From an uncultured Patescibacteria group bacterium (GTDB lineage Bacteria; Patescibacteriota; Microgenomatia; UBA1400; PJMF01), in NCBI GenBank assembly GCA_905478415.1, contig CAJQIG010000002.1, forward strand, positions 120,834 through 184,833: a stretch of 64,000 nt of DNA, in the 5' to 3' direction. Position 1 is the stretch's first letter, and each line of letters starts with the position of its first letter. Of this stretch, positions 1 to 10,900 are shown one piece after another. The position numbers were made by a program, and so were the translations under genes. Under the pieces are notes generated by a model. That model was not told where the DNA came from. It made no database searches and worked only from the letters and a program-made list of their open reading frames with translations.

Positions 1-74
1 TAGTATTCATTTAATCAAGTTGGAGGCTGATTGTAAAGGGGAACAACTACCGTAGAACTAGAGCAAAGCACCCC

Positions 75-833
75 ATGACGACACTCAAATTTTCCTGTAC
101 TATAGTTAAAGAGGAACTTCGTATGAAAAAAACCACTCGTACATCACCGCTTTTCACCTTGTTTTCACGAAAAAAACAAACAAAGAAGAAGGGGTTTAGT
201 TTAATAGAGTTACTTGTTGTCGTTGGTATCATTGGACTGCTCCTCATCATTGGCTTTCAACAGTTTGGATTACAAATGGCAAAAGGGCGAGATGCTCGAC
301 GTAAGGCTGATTTAGATAAGATTAAAAAAATCTATGAAGACTATGCGGGTGACTATAATCAATATCCCCCTTTTGGAACGCTTGATAACTGTGGAGATTC
401 AACTGGTACAGCTCTCGAAAAGTACTTAAATGAAATTCCTTGTGACCCAGCTGATGGATCACCCTATGTCTATGCTCCGTACCCTGACTTTGGTGATACT
501 TCTGGTGGATACCGTGTGTATTCTAAGCTAGAGCTTGATGAAGACCCCGATATTGCAACCTTAGGATGTGACCAGGGAATTGGGTGTGGTATTCCCGTAA
601 CGCTTATTTCAACTGGGGCAGAAGAATATAACTATGGCGTATCTGAAGGTGTACCTGTGTACTACACGGGTGATGGGGGAGGAGAAGTTCCAACAGAAGG
701 AATCTGTTGTCCATTGGGTAATACCTCTTGTAATCAAACTACTCTAGTTGGAGGGGCATGCCCAGGAAGTCCTCCTTATGCTCCGTATCCAGATCTAGCT
801 GCTTGTATTGCTAACTCACCTTGTACAAACTAA
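75..833 (+). CDS. Type IV pilin-like / pseudopilin protein (prepilin-type N-terminal cleavage/methylation domain). True start is probably the internal Met at ~123 (MKKTTRTS...)
   Basis: Positively charged leader then G|FSLIELLVVVGIIGLL hydrophobic helix (class III signal peptide motif). The GRDARRKADLDKIKKIYEDY helix is typical of pilin/T2SS-G-like proteins. Two paralogs follow. Confidence 0.7.
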   Translation: MTTLKFSCTIVKEELRMKKTTRTSPLFTLFSRKKQTKKKGFSLIELLVVVGIIGLLLIIGFQQFGLQMAKGRDARRKADLDKIKKIYEDYAGDYNQYPPFGTLDNCGDSTGTALEKYLNEIPCDPADGSPYVYAPYPDFGDTSGGYRVYSKLELDEDPDIATLGCDQGIGCGIPVTLISTGAEEYNYGVSEGVPVYYTGDGGGEVPTEGICCPLGNTSCNQTTLVGGACPGSPPYAPYPDLAACIANSPCTN

Positions 834-1396
834 TGATGATACTAACTATGCTAAAAAACAATCACGTTCCCAAATCAAATAAAAAAGGATTTACCTTAGT
901 AGAATTGTTAATTGTAATTGTAATTTTAGGTCTTTTGACGACGATTGGTCTTGGAAGCTTTATGAGTTCGCAGCGAAAAGGTAGAGATGCTCGGCGGAAA
1001 GCAGATCTAGATAGTATCACCTCGGCTCTTGAAATGTACTACAACGATTACGACCAATATCCAGTTCACGATGCTTCAGCACAAATCGATGGTTGTGACA
1101 GTGGTGGGTGCGGATGGAACCAGCTTTGGCAAAAGAATGGCACTATCTATATGGTCCAGATTCCTGAAGATCCAGCTGGTGGCTCGTATGCCTACCAATC
1201 TGACGGAAGTTCTTATGTGATATATGCCAGGTTTGAGAACTCTCAAGACGGTGATATCCCTGCTGGTCCGTCTGGTCCAGGTGTCTATAATACCTCGGGT
1301 TTTGACTGTGTTTCTGGAGGTTGTAACTATGAAGTTCACAGTAGTAATATGAGTTCAAGTTCTTTGCCAACCGTACTTGATGACCCAGATCTATAA
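821..1396 (+). CDS. Type IV pilin-like protein, paralog 2
   Basis: KKG|FTLVELLIVIVILGLL prepilin motif and the same GRDARRKADLDSITSALEMYYNDYDQYP signature as its neighbours. Confidence 0.7.
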   Translation: MYKLMMILTMLKNNHVPKSNKKGFTLVELLIVIVILGLLTTIGLGSFMSSQRKGRDARRKADLDSITSALEMYYNDYDQYPVHDASAQIDGCDSGGCGWNQLWQKNGTIYMVQIPEDPAGGSYAYQSDGSSYVIYARFENSQDGDIPAGPSGPGVYNTSGFDCVSGGCNYEVHSSNMSSSSLPTVLDDPDL

Positions 1397-1405
1397 GGAG
1401 TTGCT

Positions 1406-1858
1406 ATGAAAAAAAAACATGTACAGTCAGGTTTCACCCTGATCGAGCTGCTGGTTGTGATCACTATTATTGGAGTCTTAACTTCACTGTTTATCTCTAA
1501 CATGGTGGGAGTTCGTGAGCGCGCCAAAGATGCACGAACCAAGGCAAACTTGGATTCTATCAAGACAGCGCTTCGACTCTACTACAATGACTACCAGGGT
1601 TATCCTCAGGTGGCAGATGGCCCAGTTGAAGGCAGTGACTTTACTAATTTGACAGGAACAGTTGTCTACATGGACGAAATCCCAACCTTTTCAGGCTATG
1701 GATACTCGCTTCCTGGGGCAGATGACGAAAATTTTTTACTTCAGGCTGAGCTTGAAAACGAAGCTGATCAAGAAATTTGTGATAGTTGGGCTCGTTGTAA
1801 TGTTGGTGGGACTTGTACAACTGGAACTGATACCACCTACTATTTGTGTGCCAACTAA
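1406..1858 (+). CDS. Type IV pilin-like protein, paralog 3
   Basis: Canonical MKKKHVQSG|FTLIELLVVITIIGVL prepilin N-terminus and a conserved ARTKANLDSIKTALRLYYNDYQGYP helix. Confidence 0.75.
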   Translation: MKKKHVQSGFTLIELLVVITIIGVLTSLFISNMVGVRERAKDARTKANLDSIKTALRLYYNDYQGYPQVADGPVEGSDFTNLTGTVVYMDEIPTFSGYGYSLPGADDENFLLQAELENEADQEICDSWARCNVGGTCTTGTDTTYYLCAN

Positions 1859-1886
1859 TGTAAAAAAAGAGATTAATAAGATCATA

Positions 1887-1916
1887 CCCAGGTTTCAAAG
1901 CCTGGGTGTTTTTTTG
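1887..1916. terminator. Rho-independent terminator between the pilin array and the convergent giant gene
   Basis: Hairpin CCCAGGtttcaaagCCTGGG followed by TGTTTTTTT. Confidence 0.6.
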
Positions 1917-1975
1917 CCTAAAGAAGAAGCGAGGCTTACTGAGTAATCGAAGCACTAATCTAGACAAAATTAAGC

Positions 1976-4900
1976 TTAGTTTACAATCCACCAGTTGAGT
2001 TGTACTTCTGTATCCAAGGCTTCATCAAAGCCAACTATGAACTCCCCCTGTTTGTCTTCGCTTGGGTTTTCTTCTTGCTGTGACTTGACGTAGAGGACTT
2101 TGTTTTGTGTGCTGCCCACTGGAGTTACGTAGATAAGTGAGTCTTTATTGACTTTACTCGACTTGATTTTAATTTCTTTGGTACCACTTGGAATGGCGGC
2201 TTTACCAGAGGTTTTTTGACTCTCGAGTATTGGTCGGTTGTCACTGTCTAGGGTATCCAAGTTGGCTGTGCCCAGGTTTTCACTACCGACACTGAGTCCG
2301 CCTGCGAACTCAGCTTTTCCTTGAGCAGAGATGGTGGCTACAGGGGCACCGAGTTCGTCGATAATTTCAAAGCGTGATTTTCTCACTTCGCCATCTTCGT
2401 CAGAGATACCAGCCACCTGGACTTGGAGTGGGTTGCCAAAGTTGGTTGGTTTGAGGAGGTCTGCAAAGAGGGTGCCTTTAACAGTGGCGTCGTTTTCGAT
2501 AGTGAAGCTGCCGTTGATGGTGGCAGTACCGTTTTCTTCAAGGATAAGGAGGCCAGCCATGAGGGAGAGAGACCCTTGACCAGATGGTTGAATTTCAAAG
2601 ACTGAAGTACTATCGGTAGCAGTGTAGGCGATGTAGTTTTCACCGATTTCGAGGGTGTTGGCAATGGTGACTGATTGGCCGGCATGAATGTCTTTTTCGA
2701 CGAAGAGACTTTGGCCGATACCCATATTATCAGCTACGTAGGCACCGCCGTTGACTTTGAAATAGTTATTGATGAAGAGAGCGTCACCTTCAAGCGTGAC
2801 ATCAGTGGCACTCAGTGATAGATCAGCCAGTGTGAGGTTGAGGTCTGCAGAACTAGAGGCAGTGAAGCCGGCTGTTTCTACCGTTTGAACCACGTCGGCG
2901 ACTGATTTAATACTATCGGTGGTGGTCAACATTGCCAGGAGAGATGCTTTTTCGGTAACGGTCAGCGTCTTTTCGTTGAGGCCATCAATATTATTTGCAT
3001 AGAGTGTTCCCGAGACAGTAGCTGTGACAAACTCTGCTGTTTTGGCTTTAGCATCCTCAAACTGGGCGATTCCAGCTTCAAGAGCAGCTATTCTGGCTGA
3101 GGTCGTATCGATAGCAGTGGCAGTTATTGTTCCCGAGACGGTTGCTTCTTCAACTAAGAGAGAACCGAGTGATGTTTTATTTGCTGTGAGAGTATCAGTC
3201 GATACAGATCCCGAAATTGTTGCCGAGTTGGCCACAATATTTTTTGCTGTAAGTGAACCTAGGAGCGTCGTGTCTCCGTTACTAGAAATTGTTGCGACTG
3301 TAGTGTTTGAACTATCTGTAACCAGGACCGAGCCACTTTGTGAGGCGATTTTGATGACCGTGTTATTGGCAATAGGAGAGACAAGCGGTGCTACATTAGG
3401 AGTGTTTTGGTTTGCAGTAATACTTTGAATATAACTAGCGAGTGTTTGCCCATTAATGGTTATGGATTCAACAGATAGAGTCTTGATAGAAGCAGTATTC
3501 TGAACAACAAGATCCTTAGTGGTGGTGAGTCCTGCCTGGATATTTGCTACAAATGCTTTGGCGAGACTGGTGACAGAAGTGACGGTTTGTCCTGAGTTTT
3601 TGACTCTGTATCCTGTTGATGAGTCCCCAGTGAGCACTACCTGGCCATTTTCTGCAAGAGTAATAGTGGGGTCGTACCAGGCTATATTTACAAACACGAT
3701 TGCTTTTCCTACGTAGGTGCCATTGGGGAGTCTAAAACAAGGAGAGGATAAGTTGCTTCCTGGATCATCTGGCCAGGTAATGGCTTCAAGTGAGGGTACG
3801 TTGGTACAGGTTAGTTTTGATGGATCAAATGATTCTAAGACTTTACCAACAATTTGACCTGGCTGAGTTGATTTCATACCAATACCAGGTAAGACAGAAG
3901 TTGTAATGGCATCACCTCGGTTTAAAACTCCGTTTAGTGTGCTTACTTTGATTGAGGTTCTTCCATTTAGAGCCAGTGGTCTGATTTGTCCAGGGAAGTC
4001 TTCTTCTTCTAGCCAAGCTCCAAGGAGTGAGCCTGGAGTGGTTGAAATGACACCGATGACGGTATTGTCATAGGGTTTTGATGTTTTCTTAACCCAAGCA
4101 GTTTTAATGGATTCACTGTCATCAGTTGGATACTCTAGGTTTGCATATTGTTCGAATCCGGTGGGGACCATGTCTGGATTATTTGCTTCACTGTGGCCAC
4201 TCTTTACAACCTCATTTTCTTTAGTTGGGTCAACCACAACGATATCTGCGGCCTGGGTAGTAATATCACTTGTTAATATGTTTTCAGCATAGTCGTGAGA
4301 ACCTCTGGTATACGTTGTACCGTTACCCTTAACAGTAAACTCATCATGAGCATGGCCTGCATAACCATTTAGTACTTTGAGTATATCAGTTCCCCCAGTG
4401 GCACCACCCATAAGTGTAACGTAGCCAGTGTCTGCCGTATTCCATGTTTGTGAAGCAATTAGTAACCTGTTTGTTGCATCTTGTTGTATGTAAAAGTCTG
4501 AAAGGTTGTTAAAATATAACCCATCTGTTTTAATAGTCACATCTGCGTTTGTAGTTGAGTCTCCACTCAGGTTAAGTAAACTACCTAATCCAGACCAGAT
4601 TCTCGAGTATTGACTACCTGTACTACTTTCAAACACAATATCTGGAGGGTCATCTACATCAGTTGTATTTGCTCGATATTTAATTTCACCATCATGTTGG
4701 AAGATGACATTGGTACCGTAGCCACCTTGGGTGTGGAGTACAGCTGCTGGATTGGTAGTTCCAATACCTACATTACTTGCAAAGTAGCCACCTCCCGTAG
4801 TCCCATTAAGGAAGATCCTTGAAACTCCTCCTGCAGAAACATACATTCCCCAACCAGCTCCACCAGGAGTTGCTGAAACAAATGATGCATTTGAGTGTGT

Positions 4901-7900
4901 GTATCCAATACCATACATATTTCCAAGGGTAGTCGATGCAGGAAGGTAATTACTTCCAATTGTAAAGATAGGGTTAGTGTTTGTTGAGTTTGCACCAATG
5001 TTGTTATAACCACCTACTAAGAAGCCATCTTCGTGTGAGTTTCTATATATATTTCCAGTCAGGAGTACATCTCCATTAACTTCTAGCTCTGCATCTGGAG
5101 TTGTGTCACCAATGCCAACATTACCAGTAGATAATATAGTCATGACTTCTGTAAGTGCTGCAGCAACACCGCCAGTTAAGTTTGTACCGACTTCGAATGA
5201 CATTGCTCCACCCGTAGTGTTATCAGTATTTACTTCAATTCTGCCTGCATTACCAGTTTGTTCGGGTACACCATCCATATGATTAAATGTTAAGTTAGCA
5301 TTTCCATATCCGTCATTTATTGTCATGGCAACACCACCACTTCCATATCCGGATTGGATATTATCACTGGCTCTAATAAGACCGGTAACATCGAGTTTTT
5401 CACCTGGGTTAGTCGAATTAATACCAACATTGCCACCACTTAAGTAACTATCTCCACTACTAGTAATGTGAACTTCAGTACTAATATCTAGTGATGCATC
5501 TTCAACATGACCAGCTTTAATGCTTCCACCGGTAAATAAATTATATGTTTGTCCTGCTAAAGGAAGGTACATGCCATAACTAGAAAATTGAGCAACGCCA
5601 GTAACATCTTCGGCTCTTACATGGAGTCTATCTCCACTTGAATAAATTCTTGTTGCATCCGTTCCCATTGTACTACCTGCAAAGTAAGCACCATAGCTGT
5701 TGCTGAACTGAATATTACCGGAAGTTATATCTACTTTTTGAGTTGGGTTAGTAGAGCCAATACCAACATTTCCATCACTATCGATACGCATTCTCTCAAT
5801 AGGAGCATCTGCCACGGATCCGCTATTGTCTTTCGTGCTGAAGAACAGCATTCCACCCAAACTACCAGATCCAGTTTCGACTGTTCCAATTTTAGCATGT
5901 GCAAAATCGCCACTGACATGACCGACTGTACCAAGTGTAATTTGTGGACCACTTGTGTTATCCCAAGGAATAGCAATATCTAGACTTGAACTTGGAGTAA
6001 CCGTTCCAATACCCAGGTTTCCACTATCTAAGATAACTACTTCATTGGTTGTATCTCCATCTGGGTCAAAACCAAGGTAGTTGCTTGTGGTGTTATAAGA
6101 CAGAACTGCCTCATTACCATCAGTTCCGATATGAAGTGATGCTGGGCCAAGGTAGAGGTCTTGCCACCGGTAAGTGCTTGAACCGAGGTCGTAGGTATCG
6201 TCGGTGGTTGGTCCAATGTTGCCAGTTAGTTGGAGTTTAAATCTGCTTGGATTAATAGTGCCAATCCCTACGTTTCCTTGGTTATCAATCCTCATTCTCT
6301 CTGATGAAGTTGAAGAGCCGTCTGGTGTAGTCCAGAAGGTGAGTCGACCAGGCATATCATTAGTGCCAGGAGTACCATCAACTTCTACTCTAAACTCGGC
6401 TAAGTTGAGGAAGTTAGAGCCATCATAGCCTCGACCGACAAATGAGAGGGCTCCGTCTCCGTTTGCCACGATAGATGGACTAGCCACAGTGTTTCTACTT
6501 TTGTAGCCAAGGATGCTAGAAAAGCTTGAGGTATTACTAGCTTCTTGGAGCAAGATGTCAGCATCGGAGTCATTACTAATATGGAGTTTTTCTAATGGAG
6601 CTGTTGTCCCAATTCCCACATTACCACCATCTAAAATTGTCATAACCTCGGTGCTGCCATCAAAGGCATTGAAAATATCTTCAGTACTAGAGTTGCGAAC
6701 TACTAGTCTTGCAGTTGCTGGATTACTGGTGCCAATGCCCACATTACCTGCAAAGGTTCCCGATGTCGCTATAGCGGCTGGATCGATATAGTAGGCGGTA
6801 TTACTAATATCGGCAAAACGATCTGCTTGGGCGTAGCCAGCATTAGTAACAGTAAACCTTGTAGTGCCGGAAGCACTAGCGGTCAGTAGGTCTTGATTAC
6901 CTGTTTCATTTAAAATTACTAGAGCTTTTCCGATAGCAGCTCCCTCAATAGTTAATTTTCCAAGTGGTGTGGTAGATCCAATGCCTACATTACCATCTGC
7001 TCCGATGATCATGCGTTCACTGCCAGCAGTATCAAAACGAATTTTGTCTTCGTCAGCAGATTCTTCGACTTGAATGCCGGTATCAGTGTCAGCATCGAAG
7101 AGTCCGGCGGCAGCAATATTTCCTGAAATAAAGAGGTTGCTCCATCGTTTTGAGGCCGAACCAAGCGCGTAGGTGGCATCTACTGTTGGTCCTATGTCTC
7201 CAGCAATTTCAAGTTTAAAGCTAGAAGGAGTAGCAGTGCCAATTCCTACATTCTCCGTTCCCGCATCAAGCGTAAAGAAGTCAGAATTAGTGTCGCCATA
7301 CCAATTAAAATCAACATCATGACCATTTAAGTTACCGGTTACATTACCAGTAAATGCGGCTGTCTGTGAGGATGTTAGCAAACGAATGCCTCCTGCCTGC
7401 ATCTCAATTTGGTTGGTGCCAAATACAAATTTGGTGTCTATATCATCACGGGCCACAATCTGAGTTCCAAAGTAAATAGTGCCATTTACATCAAGCTTAG
7501 CGTTGGCAGTCGTTGTTCCAATTCCTACATTTGCATCAGGCATGAGGTAGAGACTACCCCCATTATGGTTTGCAATTGTGTAATCAAAACCAGTATCGAA
7601 TCCATCTTCGTCAAGACAAAATGAATTATTGCAGTCACTGGTACCAATCTTAAAAGAACCAGTGGCTAAGTTGAGTTCAGCCCCGGGATTAGATGTGCCA
7701 ATTCCGACATTACCATCGTTAGCAATAACAAATTTTGTAGCACCACTTGCTGAAGCTGTAAAAATTGCCTGGTCACCGGTTTCGTTTAGAATTGCCAAAG
7801 CTTTACCCACAGCTGCACCCTCCAGATTTAATTTTCCTAATGGAGTAGTAGTACCAACGCCAATATTTCCACTAGCATCAATTCTCATAGCTTCGGTACC

Positions 7901-10900
7901 TGCTGTGGTGAACCCCAAAATATCTGTACCACCTCTGAAGAGTCCGAGATCTAAATCATTTGTCCAGGTGTATTTTGGATCTGCAGCTGTCCCATCTGCA
8001 GAAGTTCTAAATTCGTCAGTTGCTGTAATGTCATCATCGGCCAAGATATCTCCATTTCCACCCACTCTTAAAGCCTCGGTAGACGGGGCTATACCAATCC
8101 CCACATTATCAGCAAAGTAAGCTCGACCGTCTGCATAGAGGTGTATGTTTGCACTTGCGGTAGAGGTGCCACCAAGAGCAAGATCGACAACGCTTGCATA
8201 CTCATCTTTTGGATGGAGTACGTTATCTGTGTTATCCCACCAACTGACTGATCCTAAGGTTGCAGGGTCAGTCCAAGTGTTGGCTCCACCAGCAGAAGAG
8301 GTGAGTAAGTAGCCTGAGGTGCCAGCATCACCGGCAACTCTGATGGCATCGGTGAGATTAAGTTCTCCGACAACATCAAGCTCATATCCTGGACTAGTAG
8401 AGCCGATCCCCACATTTCCAGCGGCATCAATTCTGAGTCGTTCGTTACTAGTTGCAAGTCCACCAGTAAAGAAGCGAATATCTCCACTAGCATGGTTGGA
8501 GATAAAGTCTAAACCAAGAGGTTCGAAACCGTTGTAGCCAGCAAATCCCATTCTGCCTGCAAAGTGAGTGAGTGAACCACCACCGGTAAAGCTATCAGCA
8601 TAGAGGCCAAAACCTCCACCTCTAGTAGCAGTTTCAAAGAGATATGATGAGTAGGCACCGGTGTTGTCTGTTTCATTGCTGACGAGCATAGCTGTATTGG
8701 CGTTTTGATCTTTTCTTACTACAACCTCATGTGTTGGAGTTCCAGTTCCGATTCCTATATTGCCATCACTACCTTGGACAAAAAAAGCATTCGCTTGGCC
8801 ACTAGCTTCAACTCTAAAGTCACTATCACTTCCTTGTTGGTTAAAGACGGCTGATCCATCTGCTAGGAGATGAATAGTTGCAGAGGCAGTACTGGTTCCT
8901 CCAAGTGCTAAATCAACCACACTTGCATACTCATCTGTAGGATGAAGTACATTGAGAGTGTTATCCCACCAAGTTACGCCGCTAATACTGGCAGGGTCTG
9001 TCCATGTGTTGACTCCTCCAGCAGAAGAAGTGAGGAAGTAACCAGAAGTTCCAGCATCACCGCCAGCTCGAATAGCATCAGCAAAATTGGCCTCACCATT
9101 AACATCAAGTTTGTAACCAGGAGAGCTACTGCCGATACCAACGTTGCCACTGCCATCAACCTCAAAAAGGGAGCCACTCGTATTATTAAGGACTTGGAAG
9201 GAGGTAGCCGTGGTATTGGTACCAAGCTGAAAAATAGATGCCCCAGAAGTACTCATATTATCAAAAATAAGATTTCCAGTGGCTGAAGTGATGTAGGAGT
9301 GAGAGCCAGTGTGGTACAGATCCAAATCGCCTCCAGCACCAATCTGGATTCGATCATTATCATTTCTGAGTAACAGATCATCTCCGAGAGAAACATTTCC
9401 TAGGTTTGTGTAGAGTGCATAGTTATTTGTGGCTCCTACGTTTTGACTTCCAACTAAAATTCCGTAGTTGTTAGTAATAGTGCCACCACCAGAATTAATA
9501 TTTGCATCAATGTATGCTGCAACCGCAGTTGTAATAGTGCCAGTGCTTTCATTATCGACGCGGCCATGAAGCGCATAGGCAGAAGTTATTGTTGAAGCTC
9601 CCGTTAATCTTACTTGGTTAAGCATACCTCTGACGACAGCCTGTGTACCAGAACTTGCACTGACATTTGTATTAATTTGAAGCGCGTTATACGTAGCAGC
9701 TCCAGCCACAGATCGAGTTGCATAGATTGAGTTAGCATATTGGGTAGCAGTGGCTTCTGAACTGGTTGAGGTGAGTCTGAGGCCATTCGTAAAGGTATCG
9801 TTTGTATTCGCTGTGATTGAGAGTCGAAGCGGAGAGCTTTGTTCGATTCTTGCATTAGCGTCATTGAACAAAATACCTGCGTTGCGCATGTTGAGGTCGC
9901 CATCAGCTTCTATGTTGGAAAGAATAGTACTACTACTATTTTGCCATTCTTGCAGGTTGGCTGTTTGACTGCCTGAGTTGGCTTTAATAATTTGGCCAAT
10001 ACGGCTATCTGACCCAGTGTTGAGTTGTAGTTTTGCTCCGGGACTAGATGTTCCAATTCCAACATTACCAGCAAGATATGCTTCACCATTAGATTGGAAG
10101 TGAACATTTGCACTGGCAGTTGAGTTACCTCCGAGTGCTAGGTCTACAACATCTGTGTACGGAGGCTTTGGATGGAAAACCCCAGCTGTGAGGTCCCAGT
10201 AGCCAGCTTCAACGATACTATAAGGTTCTGTCCAGTTATTAAGGCCACCCCCAGAAGATGTTAAAATGTAGTCGACGACACCAGCATCACCATTCAGGCG
10301 AATGGCATCGGTGAAGTTGGCTTCGCCGTTGACATCAAGTTTATAGCTGGGGGTGTTAGTACCTATTCCAACATTGCCATTAAAGACACCAGAAGTAACA
10401 ATTGCGGCTGGGTCTATATAGTAGCTGCTGTTACTAATATCAGTGAATCTATCGGCATAGGCGTAGCCGTTGTTGGCAATTCTGAAGCGAGTAACTCCAC
10501 TAGCACTAGCGGCTAGTATGTCTTGATCTCCTGTTTCATTGAGAATGCTCAAGGCTTTACCAACAACAGCTCCCTCAACATTGAGGAGGCCAACTGGGGT
10601 ACTTGTTCCGATTCCAACATTACCATTTTGATCCCAAGTGGTAAGAACAGTGGTATAGTTTTTAACTTGTAGAATGGGGCGATTTGCAATAGTTGAGCTA
10701 GTATTTTGACCGGTAAGTGTCAGGAGCGGATCTGTACCACTGTCTGTGGTAGCAATAGCCTGGATTTGACCAGCCACTGTCGAACCAGAGCCTTGAAATC
10801 TAATCTGAGGACTAAACAAGCTATCTGCAGAAGTCGCATTTCTGAAACTTAAGTATGCACCAGCATCATCACTGACTGACAGTTTTAAGAGTTCTTCTGC

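Noticed and set aside
47-250. 67-aa minus-strand ORF overlapping the first pilin gene
   Set aside because: Antisense to a well-supported pilin CDS, low-complexity, no RBS or context; treated as spurious.
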